From positions 94,302,001 through 94,366,000 of the forward strand of contig CM126203.1 of NCBI GenBank assembly GCA_052327205.1: a DNA stretch of 64,000 nt, read 5' to 3'. A program made the position numbers and the translations under genes. The notes beneath the pieces were generated by a model. It was given only the letters and a program-made list of their open reading frames with translations. It was not told the DNA's origin and made no database searches. This document shows positions 1 to 11,770 of this stretch, piece by piece (position 1 is the stretch's first letter; each line of letters begins with the position of its first letter). Origin of the DNA: Somniosus microcephalus (lineage: Eukaryota).

Positions 1-170
1 AGAACTGAGAGATCACTTCTGAGGTCAGCTGTAGCATGCTTTGGTCAGTTTACCTCTTGCCTCATAGTGGCAGCCGTCATCTCCTCAATCATCTTTTCCA
101 CAGTGAAATAAGTTTGGCTCTGTGCATCTTACCTGATAAGAAAAAGCCCTAACTCCTGAAAATGTCTTTA

Positions 171-395
171 ATAAGAACATAAGAAATAGGAGCTGGAGTA
201 GGCCATTTGGCCCTTCAAGCCAGCTCCGCCATCCAAAAAGATTATGGCTGATCTTCTACCTCAACTCCACCTTCCCGCACTATCACTATATCCCTTCATT
301 CCCACAAATTTATCAACCTCTGTCTTGAATATACTCAACGACTGAGCATCCACAGCTCTCTGGCGTAGAGAATTCCAAAGATTCACAACTCTTTC
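171..395 (-). mobile_element. CR1-clade LINE 3' fragment
   Basis: taagaacataagaaataggagc..gtaggccatt 3' tail and agaattccaaagattcacaac motif shared with the longer CR1 copies; boundaries approximate. Confidence 0.75.
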
Positions 396-990
396 TCATT
401 CTACTCTAACCCTCTCCCAACACACAAATATATTTTTAAGATCGGATGCCCAAAATTGCAGTTTTCCAAATGTGATCTCGTTTTGTGCAAAGTCAGAATT
501 AACTTCAGTCGGCACCAATTTATATTTTTTATAAATACTGCAACTTCTTCAGAACGAATTCCAAACAGGTGCTGTGCAATCACCTTTTTTACATTAAACT
601 CAGAGGTCCAATGTGACTAGTAAGCAGCTTGTTGTAAGGAAATCTCTTAAGCTCAATTAAATGATTCCTCGTGATTCAGACTTGAGCATATTGTCCAAAT
701 GCAAATTTATTACTCAGACACCAATAGTATAATAACTATTACGGTTATCCAATAGACTCATACAACCTGGTTTCCTGCAGACCCAAGGTGATCAAGCTTG
801 GCCTCCGTAGGTGTTGGACTTCCGACCGTCCCGTGAGCTCTAACTACCTGTTCTTTTGTATCCCTCTTTTGTCATCTGTCACATGTTCAAAAATCTTCCA
901 GCATCCTTATAGTACCCTCCCCTTTAATGTGAATCATATCACATGATGCCCAGAATGTATATTGAAGCGAGTTTCCTTCTCTCCAAACCT

Positions 991-2520
991 CCATAGAAAC
1001 ATAGAAGATAGGAGCAGGAGTAGGCCATTCGGCCCCTTGAGCCTGCTCCGCCATTCAATGAGATCATGGCTGATCATCCAAATTCAGTACCCTGTCCCTG
1101 CCTTCTCCCCATATCCCTTGATCCCTGTAGCCTTAAGAAATATATCCAACTCCTTCTTGAATATATTTAATGAACTGGCCTCCGCCGCCCTCTGTGGCAG
1201 AGAATTCCACAGGTTCACCACTCTCTGGGTGAAGAAATTCCTCCTCATCTCAGTCCTAAATGGCTTACCCCTTATCCTTAGACTATGACCCCTGGTTCTG
1301 GACTCCCCGGCCATCGGGAACATCCTTCCTGCATCTAGTCTGTCCAGGCCTGACAGAATTTTATAGGTTTCGATGAGATCCCCTCTCAATCTTCTAAACT
1401 CCAGTGAGTATAAGCCCAATCGAGACAATCTCTCCTCATACATCATTCCTGCCATCCCAGGTATCAGCCTGGTGAATCTTCGCTGCACTCCTCCCATGGC
1501 AAGAACATCATTCCTCAGATAAGGCGACCAAAACTGCACACAATACTCAAGGTGCGGTCTCACCAAGGCCCTGTACAACTGCAGCAAGACATCTTTGTTC
1601 CTGTACTCGAACCCTCTTGCTACGAAGGCCAACATACCATTTGCCTTCTTAACCGCCTGCTGCACCTGCATGCTTACCTTCAGCGACTGGTGCACAAGAA
1701 CACACAGGTCTCTTTGCGCTTCCCCTTCTCCCAATCTATTGCCATTCAAATAATAATCTGCCTTCCTGTTTTTGCCACCAAAGTGGATAACCTCACATTT
1801 ATCCACATTATAGTGCATTTGCCATGTTTCTGCCCAAACACCCAACCTGTCCAAATCATACTGGAGTTTCATGACATCCTCCTCACAACATACGCTCCCA
1901 CCCAGCTTTGTGTCGTCTGCAAATTTGGAGATATTACATCCAGTTCCCCCGTCCAGATCATTAATATAGTGAACAGCTGGGGTCCTAGGACCGATCCTTG
2001 CGGTACCCCACTAGTCACTGCCTGCCACTCGGAAAACGACCCGTTTATTCCAACTCTTTGCTTTCTATCTGTCAACCAGTTCTCTATCCAAGTCAATACC
2101 TTGCCCCGAATCCCATGTGCCTTAACTTTGCACGCTATTCTCTTATGCGGGACCTTATCGAAAGCCTTCTGAAAGTCCAAATACACCACATCCACTGGTT
2201 CTCCCTTATCTATTTTACCAGTTACATCCTCAAAAAATTCCAGTAGATTAGTCAAGCACGATTTACCTTTTGTAAATCCATGTTGACTTTGTCCGATCCT
2301 GTCACTGCTTTCCAGTGCTCTGCTATTACATCTTTTATAATGGACTCTAGCATTTTCCCCACTATCGATGTCAGGCTTACTGGTCTATAATTCCCCGCTT
2401 TTTCTCTACCACCTTTTTTGAATAGTGGGGTAACATTAGCTACCCTCCAATCCATGGGTACTGTTCCAGAGTCTATCGAGTTCTGGAAGATGACCAGCAA
2501 TGCATCTACTATCTCCAGAC
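991..2520 (-). mobile_element. 5'-truncated CR1 LINE with frameshifted ORF2 reverse transcriptase
   Basis: ORFs 2252-2536, 1869-2255 and 1084-1872 give NYRPVSLTS, YLDFQKAFDKVPH, GVPQGSVLGP, RPHLEYCVQFWSP and RRLRGDLIETYK; catagaaa repeat at the 3' tail. Confidence 0.93.
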
Positions 2521-2748
2521 CTGACATATTAGCCATAACTGTTAATCCTGCCTTAACATTTTAAAAGGAACGGGATGACCTAGACAATCCCAGATAGTTA
2601 ATGTGACACTGCTTGGGTGCTTTCATTGTTCTGGCCAATACCTGATACTCACACCGCACATGGGATGTAACCAACATGACTGCTAGTTGCTACTTCCATT
2701 GTCCCGACTAATCTCCAATATTAGCATATCATCATCGGACAATGGCCT

Positions 2749-2857
2749 CTTCTTCTTAGGCAGTCCCTCGGGACCGAGGATGACTTGCTTCCACATTAAA
2801 AATTAGTTCGCAGGTGACTGATGAGTCCAATGCGGGACCTACAGTCTCTGTCACAGG
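2749..2857 (-). mobile_element. RTE-clade LINE, very short 3' fragment with 9-bp TSD
   Basis: Reverse complement of the RTE 3' end at 43853-43960; caatggcct at 2740-2748 and 2858-2866. Confidence 0.85.
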
Positions 2858-2869
2858 CAATGGCCTAGA

Positions 2870-2985
2870 GATAGCAATCAGGAGCAAGAATCCTGATCAA
2901 TTTTTTTTCTTCCTAATCCCAGGGACGCTGAGGCCAACTGCAGTTCTATTACTGACGCACAGGCTGAGCTCGGCTAAATTAGCCA
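2870..2985 (-). repeat. Local inverted copy of 3660-3775
   Basis: About 115 nt nearly identical to the reverse complement of 3660-3775; both translate as IAIRSKNPDQFFFFLIPG.LRPTAVLLL in the ORF track. Confidence 0.85.
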
Positions 2986-3604
2986 ATCATGGACAATGGC
3001 CTAGAGATATGATGGGACACCTGAAACAGAAGGAAGTTCTAACACTTGTGCAGCAGTTCCCAATCCTCTTTGTGTTCACCACCTGCACTGGGACATATTT
3101 TAGGCCTCAGGTGGCCACCATGCCCAATTTTTCATAGAGCTGGCATCTGATGTGTTTCAGGTGCTATCATATTGTCCATGCCATCATATTATCAGCCTCA
3201 TTGTAAGCAATGTCCCAACTTTAACTTACTTTAAAAGCATTCAATTTCAAACAAGTATTAGCCAACATAATTGAAATATTTGTGTTTTACATTGTTTTGT
3301 TTGATAAGTTTGTTCATTCAATGCAAGTTCCATCAGACTTTGGGTTTATTGTTACTAACCTAATGGTGCTTTGAACTGTAATGGCATTTAGCATTACACA
3401 ACAACAGTGTTGTTTGAGAAATGCCCATTTGTATTAATATTACTCCTGTATATTGAATCAATAGAGAAAAATAAAAATCGGTGTTCAAGTATAGTTTACA
3501 TAATCCTGAAAATGACCCACAACCCAACCCAGCATCAATTATATCTTTTAAAGAAATTATCAAATTGATACACTTCCGCAAATAACACAGGAAAGCATGC
3601 TATC

Positions 3605-3965
3605 TCATGTGATGTTGTACCACACAGGCCAGGAAGTTCCAAGCTTTGTTTTCTCGTCTGCTAATTTAGCCAAGCTCAGCCTGTGTGCCAGTAATAGAAC
3701 TGCAGTTGGCCTCAGCATCCCTGGGATCAGGAAGAAAAAAAATTGATCAGGATTCTTGCTCCTGATTGCTATCCAGTTATCACTGCTGGAATGTGTGTGT
3801 ATGTGTGCATGTGTTGGGTAAGAACAAATCGGAATCAGCTGTGATGCTCCTCCCATGTTGACGCACTCTAGGCTCATAAATGAAATATGGCCGCGGCATC
3901 AATGGGCTTCGGTGCCTGTGGAACTGGGCTGTAGTATGAACCATCGCCATTGGAACAGAAGGCAA
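3605..3965 (+). mobile_element. Old SINE-like repeat (family not identified)
   Basis: Shares motifs (gttggcctcagc, ctgctggaa-tgtgtgtg, ctaggctca..tgaa..atggcc) with diverged copies at about 45360-45700, 47700-47990 and 60340-60640. Confidence 0.55.
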
Positions 3966-4624
3966 GAAAATTGTGGGGGAAATCACCAGTTACATCGGAA
4001 TTGCTGCTAATTTTTGAGACCTCTAAATACCCAACAAAAGTGATAAATTATGTTTCTGTGTTCCTAACCAAATCGTTTGTACCAAAGATAAATTGCTTCT
4101 TCTTCCTTGCTTGCACATAGCTGGATTGGTATGTGCTACATGCTAGAAAATAATGAAGTATTACCCACTGCTGGCCCAACACTTCTAGTGGAAGACTCAA
4201 ATTCGAGGGCCAGAATTTTTTTAAATTGTGGGTAGAGATTAATGATGCAATTCGGACATCAAAGTAGCAATTGGCAACTGCTATTGACTGCAAGCTCAAA
4301 TAGAGCAGATGGTAAGAGTTGGGCAAATAAGAGTGGCTGTAGGGATCTGTAGTAAAATCAGAAAATGCTGGAAATGTACAGTAGGCCAGTCAGATCAGTG
4401 AAGAGAAAAGACAAGTTATGATGCTTTCATTTGCTATTGTAATAAAGGCAAAGCCCAAATTAATATAAATATGCAAAACTGTAGAGCTTAGAAATAACTA
4501 TTGGCAAGCACTTAGGGTAGTGTTGATGTGAAGTATTCTTGTGTTAATATTCTGCTCTTCTGAAGGAGCCTACACATTCTCACATCTAGTTCTGTGGGCA
4601 CGAGGACCAGTACCTGGCTCAAGT

Positions 4625-4970
4625 AAAGAAAAAAAGACCTTGCATTTATATAATGTCTTATCACTTCCTTTGGCCATCCCACAGCACTTTGCAACCAATT
4701 TTGCACACAACAATGTTGTACAAACAGCAAATGAATGAAATACTGGATAATCTGGTTTTGGTGATGCTGGTAGAGGGAGGAATGTTTACTTAGAACATCG
4801 AGGGAATTCTCTGCTTTTCTTCAAATAATACCATGGGATCTTTCACGTCCACCTGCGTGGGCAGACAGGAGCTGGGTTTAATGTCTCATTTGAAAAATAG
4901 CACCTCTGACAATGCAGCACCCCCTCAGCACTGCCCTGAAGTGCCAGCCTAGAATATGTGTTCAAGTTCA
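4625..4970 (-). mobile_element. Deu-domain (SacSINE1-like) SINE, diverged
   Basis: aaagac(c)ttgcatttata tail and gggatcttt..cgtccacctg core, as in 46057-46503. Confidence 0.7.
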
Positions 4971-5285
4971 TTAACAGATTCTTCAACTGTTGGGGACTTG
5001 TCTTCACCCATTGTTGACAGGTGCATTTTCCAGCATTACTCGATAAAGATCATTAGAAATCTACATGAAAAAAGACTTGCATTTATGTAGCCTTATCACA
5101 AATCTCAAAAAAGTTCCAAAGTGCTTCACATACAGTAAATTACTTTTTAGTGTAGTGACTGTTATACTGTATAGCCATTTTGTGCACAATAAGATCCCAC
5201 AAAAAGCAATGAGATGACTGACCAGTTGATTTATTTTTAGTGGTTTTGGCTGAGGTAACATGAGAACTCCCTGCTCTCCAGCTGT

Positions 5286-5712
5286 ATCAGCTGTGGCTCA
5301 GTAGGTTGTGGGTTCAAGTCCCACTCCAGGGACTTGAGCACATAAAGCTAGGCTGACACTCCAGTGCAGTGCTGAGGGGGTACTGCACTGTCGGAGGTGC
5401 TGTCTTTCAGATGAGACGTTAAACCGAGGCCCTGTCTGCTCTCTCAGGCGGACATAAAAGATCCCATGGCACTATTTTGAAGAAGAGCAGGGGAGTTATC
5501 CCCGGTGTACTGGCCAATATTTATCCCTCAACCAACATAACAAAAACAGATCATCACATTGCAGTTTGTGGGACCTTGCTATGCACAAATTGACTGCCAC
5601 GTTTCCCACATTACAACAGTGACTCCACTTCAAAAAGTACTTCATTGGCTGTAAAGTGCTTTGAGACGTCCAGTGGTCGTGAAAGGCACTATATAAATGC
5701 AAGTCTTTCTTT
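5286..5712 (+). mobile_element. Deu-domain (SacSINE1-like) tRNA-derived SINE, inside an older minus-strand copy (about 5068-5280 and 5790-5935)
   Basis: tRNA-like head (gtggctcagt..gggttcaagtccc), core tcggaggtgctgtctttcagatgagacgttaaaccgaggcc, and tail atataaatgcaagtctttcttt. Confidence 0.8.
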
Positions 5713-7887
5713 CTAATTTGGATAGTGCCTTTAGATTTTTTATTTCTACCTGAGAAGTTGGAATGGGCAGAAGGAACCTTAACTTATTTGGGGGACACCT
5801 ACAACAGGGAAGCACTTCATTAGCACTGCACTGGAACGTCAGCATGGATTATGTGCTGAAATCTTGGAGTGGGGCTTGAACCTGTAATCTTCTGTCTTGG
5901 AGGTAAGAGTGCTACTAACTGAGCCAAGCTGTCAAGGGAACTCAAGTTTTTGTAAACAATAATAGATGTGTGGGAGTACTATCATTTTAGCCAAACTGAA
6001 ATTCCCATGTGGAATGCTAAGGGTTAAAATCTAGAAGCAGGTATTGACTAAATAAATTTAAAAATCTAAATTACGTATTTGAGAAAACCATTGAATACCC
6101 AAAAACAAACTTTGCATTTTTAGATGATCAAACGAGGAGGTAATGAGAATAAAAAGTAGTCACGCAAAATGACTATTGTGGATCTTCTGAGAACATTTAC
6201 ACACATTTTGGCTGGGGAATAATGCATTCTACAGAGGGACATAAATAGGGGGAGAAAAGTAAAACGTGGTCAAGTGGCTACAAAATAAGATATAAACAAA
6301 TATTATTTTGGCTTATTTTACTATTATGCCATACATTTGATGGATTAAAAGGATCCCAATTGATTGTGCTGTTCGAGCAGCAGTTACATTGTTTTTTATC
6401 CTGATTCAATTCAGTACATACGTTGGGCAGTTTTAAATTATCAGCTTGTGTGCTAGTTAGCAGTACGCTATTTATACTGACCTTCCCCAGTTCCGCAGTC
6501 TGTTTTCAATAGATTCTCCAGTTCTACAGTCTGATTTAAATCAATTACCCATATTTGAGACATTTTACTCCAAAATAAGATTGGAGTAATCATTGCTGCA
6601 CCATTTAGAGTAAAGGGATACTATAAATTGTTAGATTTGTAGTTGTGGAGTAATGGAGATAACATTTTAACAGCAAGTAGTAGAAAAACAAGTGTGTTTA
6701 CTTTGTCTTCCCATGGAATGTTACATTTCAGGCAGAAGATTGCTAGCAGATGTCCTTTGAAAGTGCTCCTTATGGAATATCCTGCAATGTCAGCTTCTGT
6801 TTGGTGACTTTTAGAAGAGTGAGCCATGCATGACATAGAAATATTACATGCTGTACATTAGTGATTTCCCAAGTGCTTGCATTGGGTAGTAATGTGCTGA
6901 GAAAGTGCTCTATATCAGCCCACACACACTACTTGTCTGATGGTAAAATGCTCTTGCTAGAAATTACATTAGTAATGAAGAATCCATTTAAAGTACATAC
7001 CTTCCACCTGCTTTACAGACAGTGCATTGTAGTTCTGAAAAATTTGATTAATCTTTTATAAACATTTGCAGTGTGGCAGCTCAGTGGCCTTGTAAATGTA
7101 TAGATAGTGCACTATCCTGCACGGCCATATGTCATCATGAAAGCTCATTGAGGCTCTGTCAAAGAAAGTGCTACCGTATCAGAGTTCTGACATGTTAAAA
7201 TGTATTCATTATTGTTGAAATCTGATCACCATACCCTTTTTGTATACTATCTTTAAGTTCACATATAGCATTCAACTATAAACTTTATAATTCTCACTGA
7301 TTAATTGGAAGCCATAGAGAACTGTTTATCATCACTTTAGTTTGCTTTAAAAGATTTATTTTTCCACAATTCTTAATGTGAGAATGTATTATGTTTACAG
7401 GTCAGCTATGTATGGCACTTGCATGGTTTTGTGATTATCATATATGTTTTGATATGATTTGTTTTTCTGTACACTTGCAATCTAATTTGTGCTACTTGAT
7501 GTTCGTGTCTTGAATCTAACTTGCCATTCATTCATTAGGTTTAAAACACACAATGAGGGAGAAAGGTTAGCAAATCCAGTGATAAACCACAAACAAAGAA
7601 TGTGCACATGTTGTATTTCAAAATATATGAATTTATAACTTGAAAATGGAAATAAAACAAATCACACTTTGATGTTTGCAAATTGTATTTGATCCTTTAA
7701 ATATTTTTGAAGTCTTTACATTAAATTTATGATGTTACATACTTTTTAACTATTATTAAAAACTGTCCAGAATCAAAGACCATTGCTTTAACTGCAGTAT
7801 TCTCTAAGTAAGTCACAGCCTTCAAAAGATTATCCACAAAGTCCCAAAGCTGTTTGTAGCAGCTATGAAATTGCTAATAGAAACCTT

Positions 7888-8510
7888 GGGGTAGATTTTC
7901 AAGTGACCACTTCCATCAGGTGTGAGGTGAGCAGAGCGAGCCCAATGGAAGCGGTTTGAGGCCAGCACCCTTTTTATGGTTGGACCTCATTAGCATTCCG
8001 TTAGCGGGTTGCTTACCCTTTTGGAGCAGCTCACTGATCGGAGGGGTCAGGATATCCAGTAGCCTCAACACAGCAATCCCACAGGAGGGCTATGGGGGGG
8101 AGGGCAATTTTTCTGGGGCCAGGAAGAGCATGAATGCTCCTCCTGGCCAACAAAAATTGTTTACAAACCTTTTTTGAAACCTTTTTTGGAGCAGCCTGCA
8201 GCGGCTTGTTTAAGAACTGCTAATAAGGCTGCTTAATGCCAAATACCAATGGGCGGAGCTTGTGCAATGCACCCTGACCGATTGGTACTTTAATGCTGCA
8301 TCAGGATCCTATTGACATTATACACCTCATTTTACAAGGACTGGTGAGGCTCCACCCTGTTTCCAGCCAGCACCTGGGCCACCCATTTCAAGGCCATACT
8401 CAAATGGCGGAGACGGCGACTGTGGGAAAGTGGTGTTAAGTGCTGTGCTGCCATTTTGTTTGCACTACCCTCCTGTTCCTGTCTAGTAGGGGGAATGAAA
8501 ATTGCCCCCC
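7888..8510. mobile_element. Non-autonomous DNA transposon / MITE (Harbinger-like ends)
   Basis: Imperfect TIRs ggggtagattttca ... tgaaaattgcccc; no ORF. Confidence 0.5.
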
Positions 8511-8564
8511 TCATTTTTAAGTATAAGACCTGGAACAAAGAGAGATTGTCCAATATTTTCTCAA

Positions 8565-9028
8565 AGAAAAGACTTGCATTTATATGGTGCCTTTCACAAC
8601 CACCAAACGTCCCAAAGTGCTTTACAGCCAATCAAGTACTTTTTGAAGTGTAGTCACGTTAGTAATGTAGGAAACGAGATAGACAATTTGCACACAGCAA
8701 GCTCCCACAAACAGCAATGTGATAAAGATCAGTAAATCTGTTTTAATGATGTTGATTGAGGGATAAATATTGGCCAGGACATGGGTTGGGGGGGGTGGTG
8801 GGGAAGCTCCCCTGCTCGTCTTCGAAATAGTGGCGTAGGATCTTTTATGTCCACCTGAGAGGGCAGGCTGCACCTCGGTTTAACGTCTCATCCGAAAGAC
8901 GACATCTCCGACAGTGCAGCACTCCCTCAGCACTGCACTGGAGTCAGCCTAGGTTTTGTGCTCAAGCCTCTGGAGTGGGACTTGAACTCACAACCTTCTG
9001 ACTCCGAGGCAAGGGTGCCACAGCTGAC
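8565..9028 (-). mobile_element. Deu-domain SINE, full length
   Basis: Reverse complement of the 5286-5712 family from head to tail. Confidence 0.8.
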
Positions 9029-9130
9029 GGGAATTAAGAACCCAAAACTTGCAAAATATTTTTTTTAATTCCGAAAAATTTGCAGTTCTTAACTAACTTT
9101 TTTTTTGTATCTTTTGTTTTCTATTAACAG

Positions 9131-9276
9131 GAATACCAATGTTGAAGATAGTGTTTTCAGGGTATGAACATTTATCCCTCATCTCTGTTCCATTACTCAT
9201 CTATCATCCCACCCAGATTCTGCTAGGTGGTCTATTAGTTGGAACAGTGAAAACCTGGATGGTCACTCGTCAAAAA
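9131..9276 (+). CDS. SLC10A7: Sodium/bile acid cotransporter 7, penultimate coding exon
   Basis: Polypyrimidine tract and AG at 9129-9130, GTAAG at 9277; 146-nt phase 1-to-0 exon encoding (G)[48 protein letters not shown], recognised as the SLC10A7 C-terminal TM region. Confidence 0.95.
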
Positions 9277-9767
9277 GTAAGGCCTGCCGAGCCAGATAAG
9301 TAACCTGAAACAATTAGAACTGTTTTAGTGAGGTTATCAGAATTTCTTTTTGAAACTGCTGTAAATATTTGGCTTTGGCTTTGTTTTACTTTCTCGCAGT
9401 TCAGATGGCCGGAACACTCTTCTGCTTTGTTTTATGTAACTTACCCCAACTCTGATTACAGTTCTAGTAAATTTTTGAAACCCTTCTGCTTTCTTCAAAG
9501 TTTCCATAGATTTCATGTACTGATTGTCTTAGAAGGTGGGTGACCTGTTCCCAGTGCCACTGTCACTCTGAGCCCATCACCATACCATTTGTTTTAAATA
9601 GAGAAGTAAAAAAAAACATTCTGCAGGACACCACCAATGTGTAAAAAGAGATGAGGTAAATCAGGAAAGAGTGATGCCAATTTTAGATTTTAAAAGTTTG
9701 AAAATCATAAGACGGAAAGAAAGAGGGAAGTAAAAAGTCACATTGATTTGAGATCCTGAAAAAGAAT

Positions 9768-10465
9768 GGGATAGATTTTAATTATCGGGCTAACTACCCG
9801 ATCCTGCCAGCAGAAGGCCCGGACCATTTTGAGGACTGAGACTCATTATCATTGCCACCAGCGAGCTACGGGTGTTAAACAATGTGCCCCGTAATTTTTT
9901 TTTGAACTGCGCGGCCCCTTTAACAGGCTGCATGGCTCATTCAAAAGTCCGCGCATGCGCAGTTTTTTCAATTTAACAGCCGACATGCCGGCTGCGCGGG
10001 ATCCCTGGAGCGCTGCGCAGCTTAAAGGGAATATTGGTGCTAAATATGGAGTCCCCTCAGCAGCTCATCAGTTCCAGCCCGATGGAATATTGGATAGCAG
10101 GAAGCTAGGTACGGGAAAGGGGGGTGGGTGATCGCTATTGGGGGGCAGAACCCGGGGCAGCAGCGGCCCACATTATTATTGTGCAACTCAGAGCAGCCCC
10201 TCAAAATTAATTTTAAACTCACCTTTTTGGTGCCTCTTCTAATAAAACAGTACACACTCTGCCCGTTTTTCCATCACAATTGTTGGTGGGGTCCTTTGTA
10301 TGTCATATGACCCTGATTTTCATATTAAAGGGGTCTACCGCCCGAAACAGATGGGCTCTCCAGGATGCAGGGGACCGGACCACCAGTGTAAAGGGGCGGG
10401 GAGCTATTTTCATTCCGCTGCCGCTCCGTTTACTACACCAGGTGGCCCAAGTTAAAATCTACCCC
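9768..10465. mobile_element. Non-autonomous DNA transposon / MITE
   Basis: TIRs gggatagattttaa ... ttaaaatctacccc; GC-rich interior without a credible ORF. Confidence 0.6.
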
Positions 10466-10939
10466 AATGTGTTAGAGTAGGAAACAATATGATAGGAGAA
10501 GCAGCATGGAACGTGGCATATTTAGAGCTTAGAAGCAACAGGAGGGAAAAGTTCAGATGCAGACTGACCATAGCCGATAAAATAGAAAAAGACCAGAAAG
10601 ATTGCAACATTGGCGACTAGAGGTAATAAAGAATTTCTCATCAGACAATAAGCTTTTTCATGTATTCTATCCAGAATTGCGAGAGAAGTGCTGGAAGGTT
10701 CTCCCCAGATACGGCAGCAGTAATCAAGTCTTAAAGTGACTTGGGCATTATTGAGAGTTGAAAATTATTGGGGGGAGCAAAAATATTGGGCATGAGAAAG
10801 GAAACCAAGTTTTTTGGAAGCAGCTTTAGCAATTGAGGAGATTCAGGAGTTCCATTTGAAGTCAGAGCAAATGGTGAAATCAAGAATGTTGATAGATAAA
10901 GGACTTAGGATGGCGCTGTCAAAGATAAGAGCTGTCTAT

Positions 10940-11190
10940 TTTGATTGAGGGAGAAATGTTGGCCAGGACACCAGCAGACCTCCCTGCTCTTCTTTAAATA
11001 GTACTATGGAATCTTTTACATACACCGTAACAGTCAGGTGAGACCTCAGTTTGACATCTCATTGATGACACCTCCAGCAACACAGCACTCCCTCAGTACA
11101 CCATTGACGTGTCAACCTAGATTATGTACTCAAGTCGTAGAGTGGGGGAAGAACCAACGACCTTCAGACATAGAGACTATAATGCTATCA
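10940..11190 (-). mobile_element. Deu-domain SINE fragment, diverged
   Basis: ttgagggagaaatgttggccaggacacc and cagcactccctcagtac motifs. Confidence 0.6.
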
Positions 11191-11731
11191 ACATACTGTA
11201 ACAATCCCCATACTCCAAAGAGCACCTCCTGTCACACTGGCGGGAGATTTTCTATTTTCCACACTAGCCATCCTTAGGTCATCTTTCAGCAACAGTGTCA
11301 ATTTAATGTCAACTAGTGCTGAAGTATAGGTGGTTTTTTGCTCAGTTGGAACTGGGTTGACACTGCTCAAACTAATTTCAAGTGAGACCCTTCTAACTGT
11401 CTTAGAGGAGACTTTCATCTCACCAGTCCAGGAAGTGAAGGGCCAGTGAACCTCTGCACTCCTCCCAAACTATTTTTTAAAGGTAAAACAAAACAAATTG
11501 TAAGATAACAAGTTAGAAATGCTATGACTTTCACACAATTTCTTTTGTTACTTATATGCATGATAAAAGCAAATTCTGGTATTTCGAACACCAACTTTTA
11601 AAAGAAAAACAATTGCCACTGTGGCTGACTAGTATGGACAACTTTACCAGACATTTCTATAGTGAAATATATACCATGCTGATTTGCTATTTGATTCAAA
11701 ATTAAAGCAATTCATTTTTTTTCATTCACAG

Positions 11732-11770
11732 GCATTAAAGCTCACAAGACAGACGAAGATGCCTGTATAA
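11732..11770 (+). CDS. SLC10A7: SLC10A7 terminal coding exon
   Basis: ttttttttcattcacag acceptor; phase 0, ALKLTRQTKMPV-TAA, in frame with the preceding exon and similar to the vertebrate KLTR C-terminus. Confidence 0.88.
   Translation, partial: ALKLTRQTKMPV

Noticed and set aside
1552-2172. Long antisense ORFs over CR1 copies (also 22798-23196 and 30871-31551)
   Set aside because: Shadow frames of the LINE RT coding strand, recurring in each copy.
5286-5335. tRNA gene
   Set aside because: A/B-box-like motifs are a SINE head; no complete cloverleaf.
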